Of a DNA stretch of 55,259 nucleotides, positions 9,074-19,176 are shown in pieces. Positions within the stretch are counted from its first letter, which is position 1, and each line of letters starts with the position of its first letter. A model generated the notes under the pieces. The model saw only the letters and a list, made by a program, of their open reading frames with translations. It did not search any database and was not told the origin of the DNA. Location of the stretch: contig JAEUSG010000116.1 of the NCBI GenBank assembly GCA_016788315.1, positions 1 to 55,259 on the forward strand, given 5' to 3'. A program made the translations under genes and the position numbers. The DNA is from Fibrobacterota bacterium (GTDB lineage Bacteria; Fibrobacterota; OXYB2-FULL-49-7; JAEUSG01).

Positions 9074-10471
9074 ATGAAAATTCACTTTTGCGGTGCCGCA
9101 CAAACTGTAACAGGATCCCAGCATCACGTATCAGTTAATGGAAGATCTTTTCTCCTTGATTGCGGACTTTTTCAGGGCCGACGACAGGAGGCACTTGAAA
9201 AAAATCAGAAATTTCCCTTCGATCCTGCAGCGATGGACGCAGTTGTGCTTTCACATGCACACATGGATCACAGCGGTAACCTGCCGACACTTGTTAAAAA
9301 CGGCTTTAAAGGGCACATACACGCAACCCCTGTTACCATAGAACTATGCCGTGTTATGCTTCGCGACTCTGCACACCTTCAGATGCACGATATTGAATTC
9401 CTCAACAAAGTGCGCCGCAAACAGAATCTTGCTCCGGTTAAACCGCTATATACACCTGAAGAGGCCGAAGCTGTAATGCCGTTATTCGTTCCTCATGAAT
9501 ATGAAGAAACATTTCCTGTCACACAGGGTGTGGAGGCTACTTTTTCAGATGCCGGACATATACTCGGCTCTGCTGGTGTACTGCTTGAAGTGAATGATCG
9601 CGGCCGTTTGCTCCGCGTTGGTTTCTCCGGAGACGTGGGCCGACCTCATCTGCCTATTACAAGAGACCCTGTAGTTCTGGACGATCTTGACGCGCTTATT
9701 GTCGAAACAACATATGGCGGACGTACGCATGGATCTTTTGAAGATGTTGAAGAAGAACTCGTTCAGATTATTAAGTCAACCATGGCAACCGGCGGTAAAA
9801 TAATTATTCCAGCCTTTGCAATTGGCCGCACACAGCTTATCGTTTTCCTTCTGCATAAACTTTTCCTGGAAGATAGAATACCTGAAGTTCCGATTTTTGT
9901 TGATAGCCCATTAGCAGTTTCAGCAACTGACATCTACCGCTCACATCTTGATCTTCTGGACAGACAGGCACACAGAATCTTTCTGAATAATAAACTTGAT
10001 CCATTTTCATTCCGCAGACTCACTTACATTCAGGATAAAGATGCATCGAAGAAGCTGAATGATCTCGCTTACCCGCATATCATCATTTCTGCATCCGGCA
10101 TGTGCGAAGGCGGTAGAGTTCTCCATCATTTACGCAACTCTGTCGACAGCCAGAATACAATGCTTCTTTTTATCGGCTATGCTGCGCAGCACACACTTGC
10201 CCGTAAGATTATGGATGGTGCAAAGCACGTTAAAATTCTCGGCGAAGACCATGAAATAAAATGCAAAATCCACGTTATGGATAACTTCAGTGCGCATGCC
10301 GATCGTCACGATATTCTTTCTTATATCCGGACAACACCACCGGAAAAACTGAAACATATTTTCCTTGTACATGGTGAACAGGACAATTCCAACTCTCTTA
10401 TTGATGCGATAAGGAGCCAGGGATATCAGAATGTACAATATCCAACTTTCGATACTGTTTGTGAGATTTAA
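9074..10471 (+). CDS. beta-CASP family metallo-beta-lactamase-fold ribonuclease
   Basis: ATG 9074 (MKIHFCGAAQTVTGSQH) lies 4 nt after the STAS stop. Carries the HxHxDH motif (LSHAHMDHSGNLP) and a C-terminal beta-CASP motif (FSAHADRHDILSYI). About 465 aa. Confidence 0.8.
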   Translation: MKIHFCGAAQTVTGSQHHVSVNGRSFLLDCGLFQGRRQEALEKNQKFPFDPAAMDAVVLSHAHMDHSGNLPTLVKNGFKGHIHATPVTIELCRVMLRDSAHLQMHDIEFLNKVRRKQNLAPVKPLYTPEEAEAVMPLFVPHEYEETFPVTQGVEATFSDAGHILGSAGVLLEVNDRGRLLRVGFSGDVGRPHLPITRDPVVLDDLDALIVETTYGGRTHGSFEDVEEELVQIIKSTMATGGKIIIPAFAIGRTQLIVFLLHKLFLEDRIPEVPIFVDSPLAVSATDIYRSHLDLLDRQAHRIFLNNKLDPFSFRRLTYIQDKDASKKLNDLAYPHIIISASGMCEGGRVLHHLRNSVDSQNTMLLFIGYAAQHTLARKIMDGAKHVKILGEDHEIKCKIHVMDNFSAHADRHDILSYIRTTPPEKLKHIFLVHGEQDNSNSLIDAIRSQGYQNVQYPTFDTVCEI

Positions 10472-10474
10472 AAA

Positions 10475-10813
10475 ATGCTGAGCAAAAGATCGTCTATCGG
10501 AAAATTCTGCGTTGTAGCAATTAGCGATGAATTCACTGTCGTTTCTGACCTTCAGGAACTTGACATATTTATCGATGGGCTAATTCTTAAAGAGATCAAT
10601 TTCATAGCTGTCAGATTTGAGAAAATATCCTACATATACTCCGGTGCTCTTGCAATTCTTGTAAAAAATGCAAAAAAGCTAAAAGAACGCGGCGGAGAAA
10701 TTGTTCTTCTAGAACCCAACCGCGATGTTGATGACATTATGAAGATCACAAATCTACATAATGCTATACGCATGTTCCACACAGAAGACGAACTGCGCGG
10801 GGTTCAGAACTAA
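10475..10813 (+). CDS. single STAS-domain protein (anti-sigma-factor-antagonist-like)
   Basis: 112 aa. The ATG lies 3 nt after the RNase stop. SpoIIAA-like pattern VRFEKISYIYSGALAILV...GGEIVLLEP...MFHTEDEL. Confidence 0.6.
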   Translation: MLSKRSSIGKFCVVAISDEFTVVSDLQELDIFIDGLILKEINFIAVRFEKISYIYSGALAILVKNAKKLKERGGEIVLLEPNRDVDDIMKITNLHNAIRMFHTEDELRGVQN

Positions 10814-10824
10814 GTTTTTCAATT

Positions 10825-11478
10825 CTAAACCAACAAGTTAACAATTTGCTCAGGCGTTACACTGTTAAGGTTTTTATAAATCAAATCAGCTTCAGGAAGA
10901 GCCTCTTTTGTTCCTATGCCTACAGCTTTCATTCCCGCTGTATGTGCAGCCGTAATTCCTGAATAGGCATCTTCAAAGACAACACACTGTTCAGGCGGTA
11001 CATTGAGCTTATTGGCTGCAAGCAGAAAAAGATCGGGTGCGGGCTTTGCATTTGGTACATCCGCGCCGCAGACGATTGAATCAAACAGATCATTTGCTTC
11101 CAGCCGTTCGATTATTTCAGCAGCATTTTTGCTTGACGAACCAATAGCGGTTTTAAAACCGTCATGTCGGCTTTGAGTCAGAAATTCTCTCATTCCCGGA
11201 AGCATATCATTCCGGGTCAGTTTTTTCAGGAAGCTCCTGTAGAGGTCGTTTTTCTTATTCATAAGACTCTTGAACTGATCTGGAGGGAGCACCTTGCCGG
11301 ATAAAAGTCGCTTAAAAGATTCCTCTCTGGAAACTCCTTTAAGCTCCTCATTTTTATGCCTGTCGAAAGGCACATTAAGCTCATCAGCTATGGTTTTCCA
11401 TGCTTGAAAGTGATATTCAGCCGTATCAGTGACAACTCCGTCCAAATCAAATATGAATGCTTTTTTCTGGTTTTTCAT
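10825..11478 (-). CDS. pgmB: beta-phosphoglucomutase (HAD superfamily)
   Basis: Credible start at the internal ATG (MKNQKKAFIFDLDGVVTDTAEYHFQAW). HAD motif I DxDGV. Divergent from the GH65 phosphorylase that generates beta-glucose-1-phosphate. Confidence 0.8.
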   Translation of the reverse strand: MKNQKKAFIFDLDGVVTDTAEYHFQAWKTIADELNVPFDRHKNEELKGVSREESFKRLLSGKVLPPDQFKSLMNKKNDLYRSFLKKLTRNDMLPGMREFLTQSRHDGFKTAIGSSSKNAAEIIERLEANDLFDSIVCGADVPNAKPAPDLFLLAANKLNVPPEQCVVFEDAYSGITAAHTAGMKAVGIGTKEALPEADLIYKNLNSVTPEQIVNLLV

Positions 11479-11568
11479 AATAATAAAATATATTATTTTC
11501 ATTAAAGATTCGAAATGTTTCATTAAATAAAACAAAGAGCTGTTTTAAATATTCAGGAGCCAATCATT

Positions 11569-13806
11569 ATGAATAACTGGATTCTTCGTGAAGATGGTTT
11601 TGATGTAAAGAAAAATCTCGCATACGAAGGGCTATTTACACAGGGCAGCGGCTATCTTCATTTACGTGGCTCTTTGGAAGAGCACCTGTCTGAAACTCCG
11701 CAGAACCAAACTTACATGCGAAATGCCGGGAATGTAACGGTTGAGGTATTTAAGAAACTCAAAGCCAAGTGGGGTGCCTTTATTCCCGGCATCTACGGAA
11801 AACATCCAGTTTTTGTTTCTCAGCTTATCAATCTACCCTGGTTTGCGGGCATTTCAATTGAGGCCGACGGCGAATCTCTCGACATGGAGAAATGTTCTAT
11901 TTTAAACTACAGCCGCATTCTCAATTTGAAAAACGGCGAACTTACAAGAACATTTGAGTGGAAGACAGCCAAAGGAGTAACACTAAAGATTTCATTTACC
12001 CGATTCATTAGCAGTTCCCGTAAAAAATTATGCTGCCAAAAAGTAAACATATCTGCTGACAAAAGCTGCTCTCTTAAAATATCAGGCGGAATTGATGCAG
12101 ATGTCAGAACAAGCGGACATGACCACTTTGCCTCTGTTGCTCTTGATCTGAAGAGCGCGAATTCCGTTCATTGCATTGTGAAGAGTGATATTGGCGATAC
12201 AGTAAATATTCTCACGCAGTTTTCCGGAGTCGATGCGAAATGGAATTATATTGCGGGCGAAAAGAATGGTGAACTCGTTTCGAACTTCTCACTTACTCCA
12301 GGCAAGGAACTCTGCATAGAAAAAAGGACTGCTCTCACAACATCAAGGGACCTGGAAAAAGAGGATGAAGCAGCAATTTTAAATTCAGCTGTCGCTTTAA
12401 GTTATTCTGCACTGCTGAATGAGAGTGCCCAAGAATGGGAGAAACGTTGGAACTGCTCTGATGTTCAGATTGATGGGGACGACAATGGTCAAATAGCCCT
12501 ACGGGCTTCAATATATCATCTGCTCCGCTGTCATGTTCCCGGTGACAAGCGTGTAACCATTGATGCCAAAGGATATGCCGGCGATGCCTATTTCGGCCAC
12601 TTTTTCTGGGATACTGAGATGTATCTACTCCCTTTTTATTTATACACCGATCCGGAGCGGGCAAAGACATTTACAGATTTCAGAATTCATGCTCTTCCGG
12701 CAGCAATGAAGTACGCAGAAAAAATGGGATACAGAGGCGCCCGTTTTCCGTGGGAATCTGACAGTAACGGCGATGAATGCTGCGCCCGCGGCAACTGGCA
12801 GTATGGAGATCATGAGATTCATATTACAGGCGATGTTGCATATGGAATAGCTCATTATGCAGCTGCTTTGGGAAATGATGGATATCTGAAAAAGGAGGCA
12901 GCTACTCTCCTTGTTGAAAGCGCCCGCTACTGGCTTGACAGAATAGATTGGCGTGAGGGCGACAATTACCCGAGCATACTCGGAGTGATGGGGCCTGATG
13001 AATACACACCTATAAGTAATAATAACAGCTATACAAACCGAATGGCTGCACTCAATCTTTCACTTGCCGCAAAATTTGGTAAAGAGGGCGGTGCAACCGA
13101 AAAAGAGTGCGCTGAATTTGATCGGGCGGCAAAACTTCTGCCAATACCACGAATCAGCAAAACACTTGTTTCACAATGTGAAGACTTTGAAAAGCTGGCA
13201 GATCCGCAGTTTGATAAATTATGGAAAAACAGAAAAAAAGCTTTTGCTGCGCAGGTGTCTCAGGAAAGGCTTTACAGAACACGCTGCTCAAAGCAGGCTG
13301 ACGTTCTTATGCTGATGGTGCTCTTCCCCAATGAGTTTACAAAGGATGAATTACAAGCTGCATGGGATTATTACGTTCCATACTGTACACATGATTCTTC
13401 ACTCTCTCCCGGTGCACATGCACTCACTGCGCTTAAACTTGGCCTTTTAGATGAAGCCTGGAAATTCTGGGAAGCTACCGGAGGGCTTGATCTCGACATA
13501 GACCATGGCGGAGCGGAACAGGGAATTCATATCGCCAACTGCGGCTCTACCTGGATGGTTGCCGTTAACGGCTTTGGTGGACTTAAGAGCGCAATGGATA
13601 CAGATACACTTACACTAAATCCAGTGCTGCCGGAAAAATGGAAGAGACTATCCTTTTCTCTTGTCTGGAAAGGCACAAAGGTAAAGGTTGATATTACAAA
13701 GGACGCTGTTTCAATAACAAATATTGACAACAATACGATCTTAGTTGAAGTTTTTGGCAAACTTCAAGAGATCGGTCCAAAATCACATCAGAGATTTTTA
13801 CAATAA
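11569..13806 (+). CDS. GH65 family glycoside phosphorylase (maltose/kojibiose/nigerose/trehalose phosphorylase type)
   Basis: 745 aa. N-terminal W.L....F.......EGLFTQGSGYLHLRGSLEE and HEIHITGDVAYG around the expected catalytic Glu. Paired with pgmB. Confidence 0.85.
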   Translation: MNNWILREDGFDVKKNLAYEGLFTQGSGYLHLRGSLEEHLSETPQNQTYMRNAGNVTVEVFKKLKAKWGAFIPGIYGKHPVFVSQLINLPWFAGISIEADGESLDMEKCSILNYSRILNLKNGELTRTFEWKTAKGVTLKISFTRFISSSRKKLCCQKVNISADKSCSLKISGGIDADVRTSGHDHFASVALDLKSANSVHCIVKSDIGDTVNILTQFSGVDAKWNYIAGEKNGELVSNFSLTPGKELCIEKRTALTTSRDLEKEDEAAILNSAVALSYSALLNESAQEWEKRWNCSDVQIDGDDNGQIALRASIYHLLRCHVPGDKRVTIDAKGYAGDAYFGHFFWDTEMYLLPFYLYTDPERAKTFTDFRIHALPAAMKYAEKMGYRGARFPWESDSNGDECCARGNWQYGDHEIHITGDVAYGIAHYAAALGNDGYLKKEAATLLVESARYWLDRIDWREGDNYPSILGVMGPDEYTPISNNNSYTNRMAALNLSLAAKFGKEGGATEKECAEFDRAAKLLPIPRISKTLVSQCEDFEKLADPQFDKLWKNRKKAFAAQVSQERLYRTRCSKQADVLMLMVLFPNEFTKDELQAAWDYYVPYCTHDSSLSPGAHALTALKLGLLDEAWKFWEATGGLDLDIDHGGAEQGIHIANCGSTWMVAVNGFGGLKSAMDTDTLTLNPVLPEKWKRLSFSLVWKGTKVKVDITKDAVSITNIDNNTILVEVFGKLQEIGPKSHQRFLQ

Positions 13807-13824
13807 TTTGATAGTTTAATACAA

Positions 13825-13854
13825 ACTCATATTAGTAAAATGAGTATAGTTTTT
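13825..13854 (+). terminator. weak hairpin plus T-run after the GH65 gene
   Basis: ACTCAT (13825-13830) pairs with ATGAGT (13840-13845), followed by ATAG and TTTTT. The stem is only 6 bp. Confidence 0.3.
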
Positions 13855-13891
13855 AATGTGACCGGCATTGCCAGCAAAGGACACATTAATA

Positions 13892-16162
13892 ATGAAATCA
13901 AAATATGGTTTTTCTGAAAACGGCCGCCGCTGCACAATCATACATAGCAACAAATCATTGGTCTGTGCTGATGGCTATCTGCATAATGACACTCTGTATT
14001 TTCAAGCGGATCAGAGCGGAAAAGTAACAGCACATTTCAATCAACCTGAACACACAAAATATTCAGGAAATTTCAGATGTTTCTATATTCGTGATGATGT
14101 TAGTGGCAAGTTTTGGAGCGTCCAAAATCATGAGTTTTCAGTCGGCCTTGATGATTTACGCTGGTCACGGATGGATAATGGAATCGATACATCACTTAAT
14201 GTGTTTATACCCCGTGAAGATAATGTTGAATGCTGGAATACTAAAGTTAGAAATTGCTCATCAAAAATCAGAAGGCTTTCTATTTTCAGCTGCTTTCCTA
14301 TCGGATCACCAAGCCCCGCATATCAGCGAGGAGAATTTAATCCGAAGCTTAACGGGATTGTTCTATCCCATTTTCCAGGCCACAGTGATGCCGATGAATA
14401 TTATGAACTGCGAAAAAAGAACAATTTAACATTTTGTTTAGCTGATAAAAAGCCTATGTCAACAGAATGTAATGAGCAAATATTCATTGGTCACGGCGGA
14501 TACAGTTCTCCTGAAGCGCTATACAAACCTAAATTATCTGATCTGCCATGCTATATGGATTCCTGCACCGCTGTAATGCAGTTCTCTTTAACTATAAAAC
14601 CAGGGCATTGTACACAAATAAAATTTCTTTTCGGCCCTGCTATTAATATTTCCCAAATTAGTAAGATACGTAAGAAATATTTCAGTCCGACCGGATTCAC
14701 CAGGGCTTTTGATAAAGTAGAAGCATTCAGAAAAGAACATGAATCAACAATTACTGTAGAAACTCCTGATATTGATTTCAACCACTTCATTAATCACTGG
14801 CTGCCTAAACAGACTATTTACTGCGGTTACAATCAGAGAATGAGCCTAGCCCCCTGTGTCAGGAACTGTTTACAGGACGCTATGGGACTTGTTTATACGG
14901 CTCCGGAAAAAGCACGGGAGCTCTTTCTAAAAACATTTGCCGAACAAAATAGTGATGGTTCTCTATGGATGTCTGTGATGTTGGCTCCACTTAAACTTGA
15001 CGCTGGATTTGCTGCAAAACACAGGGATAAAAACGTATGGGCTCCTTTTGCTCTTCACTACTATCTGACAGAAACCGGGGATTGGTCACTACTTAAAGAA
15101 AAGGTTACATTCAAAGATAAGAGCAAATTGTCGGCATCTATTTTTGATCATGTCTGTTTAGGCCTTGACTGGTTGATTCAGGACAGATCAAAGCGTGGTT
15201 TGAATCTTTTAGGTGAAGGTGACTGGTGCGATCCGTTAAACATGGCTGGAATAGGAATGAAAGGCGAATCAGTGTGGCTTAGTCAAGCTGTTGTACACGC
15301 ACTAACCACTTGGGCCGATGTTGCTGATTGGGTAGAGCAAAAATCTATTGCTCAAAGATATCGCCGGGAAGCAGAGAAACTAAAGAGTAGGATTAATAGA
15401 TTTGCCTGGGATGGGAAATGGTACGCGGCAGGCTTCAAAGATGATGGAAAAGCATTTGGTATTAAGCAGGAACGCGAAGGCAAAGTATGGCTAAATGCTC
15501 AAAGCTGGGCTTTAATAAGCGGTATTGCAACCGGAGAAAGAGAAAAGAAAACGGTTGAGAGTGTTTCAAAATATCTTCAAACATCATATGGTCCAGCAGT
15601 TCTTGCTCCTGCCTACACATCAATGCGTGAAGACATAGGACGTGTTACAATTAAGGTTCCTGGAACAAACGAGAATGGTTCTGTATATTGTCATGCAGCA
15701 AGTTTTTATGCTTATGCTCTTTTTATTTTACGCCGCACAGATGATGCATTTAAAACGCTTCGTGCTTTGTTACCCACTGATAATGAAAATCAGTTACCAC
15801 TTTACATTCCTAACATGTTCCGAGGTCCGGCAGCCGGCTGGACTGTCGGCAGAAGCAGCCACTATCCCGGTACCGGAACTGCTGCATGGTTTTACCGGCT
15901 TGCTATTGATCGTCTGTTCGGAGTTCGTGCCGATTTCGACACTCTCATAATAGACCCACAGCTTCCATCATGCTGGACTTCTGCAAGTATATCCCGGATT
16001 TTCCGAGGAGCATTATATGATGTGCATATACGAAGAAGTAAAAGCGTCAATAAACTGAAAGTTATTTTAAATGGGAAATGTATTTCTGACAGACGCATCC
16101 CCATGCAGCCATTAGGAACTAGACATAAAATTGAAGCAATCATACCTATGAGAAACAATTAA
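13892..16162 (+). CDS. GH94-like glycoside phosphorylase (cellobiose/chitobiose/laminaribiose phosphorylase superfamily)
   Basis: ORF 13868..16162 with a TTG start; ATG 13892 is preferred (MKSKYGFSENGRRCTI, like the CBP N-terminus). LLGEGDWCDPLNMAG resembles the GDWND catalytic-loop motif. The (alpha/alpha)6 part is Trp-rich. No signal peptide. Confidence 0.55.
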   Translation: MKSKYGFSENGRRCTIIHSNKSLVCADGYLHNDTLYFQADQSGKVTAHFNQPEHTKYSGNFRCFYIRDDVSGKFWSVQNHEFSVGLDDLRWSRMDNGIDTSLNVFIPREDNVECWNTKVRNCSSKIRRLSIFSCFPIGSPSPAYQRGEFNPKLNGIVLSHFPGHSDADEYYELRKKNNLTFCLADKKPMSTECNEQIFIGHGGYSSPEALYKPKLSDLPCYMDSCTAVMQFSLTIKPGHCTQIKFLFGPAINISQISKIRKKYFSPTGFTRAFDKVEAFRKEHESTITVETPDIDFNHFINHWLPKQTIYCGYNQRMSLAPCVRNCLQDAMGLVYTAPEKARELFLKTFAEQNSDGSLWMSVMLAPLKLDAGFAAKHRDKNVWAPFALHYYLTETGDWSLLKEKVTFKDKSKLSASIFDHVCLGLDWLIQDRSKRGLNLLGEGDWCDPLNMAGIGMKGESVWLSQAVVHALTTWADVADWVEQKSIAQRYRREAEKLKSRINRFAWDGKWYAAGFKDDGKAFGIKQEREGKVWLNAQSWALISGIATGEREKKTVESVSKYLQTSYGPAVLAPAYTSMREDIGRVTIKVPGTNENGSVYCHAASFYAYALFILRRTDDAFKTLRALLPTDNENQLPLYIPNMFRGPAAGWTVGRSSHYPGTGTAAWFYRLAIDRLFGVRADFDTLIIDPQLPSCWTSASISRIFRGALYDVHIRRSKSVNKLKVILNGKCISDRRIPMQPLGTRHKIEAIIPMRNN

Positions 16163-16175
16163 AAAAAGGTCAAAG

Positions 16176-17975
16176 ATGAAACTATTCAATTCAATGGACT
16201 ATGTTTCAGTCGGAATTTACATCTTTGTTTTTATCATGATAGGATGGTGGTTCACCCGTCTTAAAATGGATTCTGATACCTTTTTTTCATCAAGTAAACA
16301 ATTGCCTGGATGGCTGGCCGGAATTTCATATTTCATGTCGGGATATTCGGCCAACATTTTCACTGCCGGTGTCGCAGCTTATGTAATGGTTGGAATAGCA
16401 CCCCTATATTCTGCTATATCCTCAACAATTGCCGGAGCTTTATTTGCGTACATATGGGCGGCAAAATGGTGGCATAACAGCGGCACCGATTCGGTACCTG
16501 AGTACTTCAACAAAATATATGGAAAAATTGCACACAAGTTTCTGCTTGGTTCAAACCTGCCTGCTCTGATTCTCGGTGATGCAATAAGATTTTACATTAG
16601 TGGAATTCTTGTTGCCACTGTAACGGGAATGCCATTTTTTATGAGCCTGATGATAACCTCTGTGCTACTGTTTGCATACCTTGTAAGCGGTGGTCTGTGG
16701 GGCTCCATCATCACAGACACTGTTCAGTGTTTTGTATTATTTCTCCTTTTAATTATGATGCTGGTTTTAAGTCTGGCCAAAATTGGCGGACTCGATGCCC
16801 TGATAGCTGGTTTTCCTGAAGGACATACAATGGCTTTCCCCGGAGGCGGATTTTCTTTCTTCCAGGGTGCAACAGCTGCAGAGAGTTGGTGCATCTCCTC
16901 CTTTGTAGTTGGAATCCTGCTGATAGGACCGATGAACGACAGCACAATCTGGATGTGTGTACAGCGGTATACCTCATCAAAAAACATCAAAGAGACCAGA
17001 AAAGTACCTCTTTACTACGTTGGACTTACAATTCCCATGCTAATAATGATTGCTATTCCGGCTATAGCTGCAAGAATTTTTATTCCGGAAATTGCAACCT
17101 CGTGGACAAGTGCAGAAATGGCATATATAACTGCCGCAAAAATACTGTTGCCGCATGGAATACTTGCGCTGCTGATAACAGGCATATTGTCTGCAAACCT
17201 ATCTACCCTATCAAGTAATGCAGTAATATATTCACAGACAATTTCAAACGATATATACAGGAGCTATTTAAACCCGACTGCCGATTCAAAAAAGATGCTG
17301 GTAGTCGGCCGGATAATAATGGGTTCATGCATAGTCTTCTGCATGGCTCTCGCATTGCTTGTCCCAAAAGTCGGCGGCATATTGTGGAGCAATATGCTCT
17401 TAGGTTCAATCGTGGCCCCAGCAATGGGAGCGCCTGTATTCATTTCTCTGTTCTACAAAAAAACACCTGGTTGGGGCGTTGTCGTATCATGTGTTGCAGG
17501 AATGATAACCGGAACTATTCTGAATTTTGCATGCAAACTAGGGTTTACAGATATGGAAATTGCTTTCTGGATTCGAGGTGTTGTTCCATTTATGGTGGTT
17601 CTATTGGGCATGCTAATAACAGGTGTGCTGTTTCCTCCAACAGGAGAAAAGAAAAAGGAAATAGATAAGATGTCATATTGTATGAAATATGGCGCAGATG
17701 CAGTGTACAAAGAAGGTGAAGTTTCCCCTCAGCAGGAATGCAAAAAGGAAATATTACCACCCTCCTTTTTTCCTGTGAATGCTATGGTTGGTGTGCCGCT
17801 TATTATTTTTGGAATTCAAACAACTTTCTCGGTGCAGATGGATACTGATTTCGGAAGCATAATTTACATAACCGGAATGTTATTATCAGCAGCTTTACTT
17901 GTCTTTGGCATTTCACTTATTAGAAGCAATCAGATAAAAAAAAGAGAATACTTCAAGAGCACCGGTCACTACTGA
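16176..17975 (+). CDS. sodium:solute symporter (SSF) family transporter with C-terminal extension
   Basis: 599 aa, more than 12 predicted hydrophobic helices, SSF-like spacing. Starts 13 nt after the phosphorylase gene. Confidence 0.65.
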   Translation: MKLFNSMDYVSVGIYIFVFIMIGWWFTRLKMDSDTFFSSSKQLPGWLAGISYFMSGYSANIFTAGVAAYVMVGIAPLYSAISSTIAGALFAYIWAAKWWHNSGTDSVPEYFNKIYGKIAHKFLLGSNLPALILGDAIRFYISGILVATVTGMPFFMSLMITSVLLFAYLVSGGLWGSIITDTVQCFVLFLLLIMMLVLSLAKIGGLDALIAGFPEGHTMAFPGGGFSFFQGATAAESWCISSFVVGILLIGPMNDSTIWMCVQRYTSSKNIKETRKVPLYYVGLTIPMLIMIAIPAIAARIFIPEIATSWTSAEMAYITAAKILLPHGILALLITGILSANLSTLSSNAVIYSQTISNDIYRSYLNPTADSKKMLVVGRIIMGSCIVFCMALALLVPKVGGILWSNMLLGSIVAPAMGAPVFISLFYKKTPGWGVVVSCVAGMITGTILNFACKLGFTDMEIAFWIRGVVPFMVVLLGMLITGVLFPPTGEKKKEIDKMSYCMKYGADAVYKEGEVSPQQECKKEILPPSFFPVNAMVGVPLIIFGIQTTFSVQMDTDFGSIIYITGMLLSAALLVFGISLIRSNQIKKREYFKSTGHY

Positions 17976-17988
17976 GTACGAATTTTTT

Positions 17989-19176
17989 TTAGCATTCTGA
18001 GGATGAATACTCCTGGCAATGAAATCCAGCCAGCTGCAGCCACAATAAAACACCATAAGCTGTATCCCTCGCATGAATGATATCTCTGCCTAAACCAAAA
18101 TTACTTTCGCCATAAACGCCACCTGAAACCCAACGATCTGTACTAATTGCATTCTGGAGAGTCAGTGTATATTCGCCGGCCAATAATAATCTCCTTTTCA
18201 GTTCTTCTGTAGGCAATACTTCTATTCCGGTTTCTGCTTGAAATTCGAGTAAATCCAACATTTCCAATGCTGTAACAAAAGTACCTCCGTAACCCGGAAA
18301 TGCACCTGAGCTGCTTTGCCGATCCCATTCCGCCATCATTCTTTTTCTGTATAGTTCCAGATATCTTTTTTCTTTAAAGAGCCGGTATCCTACAAGAAGT
18401 ATCACATTTGCAAAATCATCGTTACCAATGGAAATGACACAGTCCCCGTGAAAAGTATATGCGGTATCATTACCTGGATCATTAGCACATATTTTCTCAA
18501 AAACATCCAGAATCTTTAATATGCAGTCTTTCCATTCATCTTTTTTTGTTAACTTATAAAGCTGCCAATATAGAAGTGCACCTGCTGCCTGCCAATCCCC
18601 CCGCTTCTTACTTGTTCCTTCACCCTTATCCAGAAGGAAATCATCCCACGGATAACCGTCAGGATCTGAACCATGCGTCGTATACCATTGCGCAAACCGT
18701 ATTGCCATATCAAGCCATCTCTTCTCCCCTGTTTCTTTATACAGAGAGATGCAGGTCATTGCTCCGGTAGCGCCATCACGGGGTGCACTGTACGCATCTC
18801 CCGGAAAAAATTCATGAAATCCGCCATATGCTTTTTCCCATTCCGGGACGGTACAATGGAGTGTAGCGAGATATTTTGAGGCAAGCATGGCTGATTCCAG
18901 ATACTGTTTAGCATTTACAAGAGGAGCTTTACTTAGGTTTATCAAAGAGAATAGTGATATACCATGTATCCAGACTGCCGCAGGAACTATAAGGGCTGAT
19001 GGTAGATTGCATTTTTCCAGATATCTGCCTTTATCAGCACTGTCAAGTGTTCTTACAACACCCCATGGCCGTTCAACAGTATTCTGTGTATTACTTAGCC
19101 AATTTCCGGCCTGTCTGGCGGCATTCAGATATCTTGCCTGCTCTTCATTTGTTAAAAGTGTTTGAAAGTTGAACAC
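17989..19176 (-). CDS. cytoplasmic Trp-rich protein, probable (alpha/alpha)6-barrel fold, function unknown
   Basis: 395 aa uninterrupted ORF with no signal peptide. Periodic aromatic or G-W motifs (AGNWL, FAQWY, AGALLYWQLY, GVLLWLQLAG) recall AGE/GH-like toroids. This is a fold guess only. Confidence 0.35.
   Translation of the reverse strand: MFNFQTLLTNEEQARYLNAARQAGNWLSNTQNTVERPWGVVRTLDSADKGRYLEKCNLPSALIVPAAVWIHGISLFSLINLSKAPLVNAKQYLESAMLASKYLATLHCTVPEWEKAYGGFHEFFPGDAYSAPRDGATGAMTCISLYKETGEKRWLDMAIRFAQWYTTHGSDPDGYPWDDFLLDKGEGTSKKRGDWQAAGALLYWQLYKLTKKDEWKDCILKILDVFEKICANDPGNDTAYTFHGDCVISIGNDDFANVILLVGYRLFKEKRYLELYRKRMMAEWDRQSSSGAFPGYGGTFVTALEMLDLLEFQAETGIEVLPTEELKRRLLLAGEYTLTLQNAISTDRWVSGGVYGESNFGLGRDIIHARDTAYGVLLWLQLAGFHCQEYSSSEC

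Noticed and set aside
9074-10471. Metallo-beta-lactamase fold read as an antibiotic-resistance beta-lactamase
   Set aside because: It has no signal peptide. It carries the beta-CASP insert and the C-terminal SAHAD-type motif typical of RNA-metabolising nucleases, not of class B beta-lactamases.
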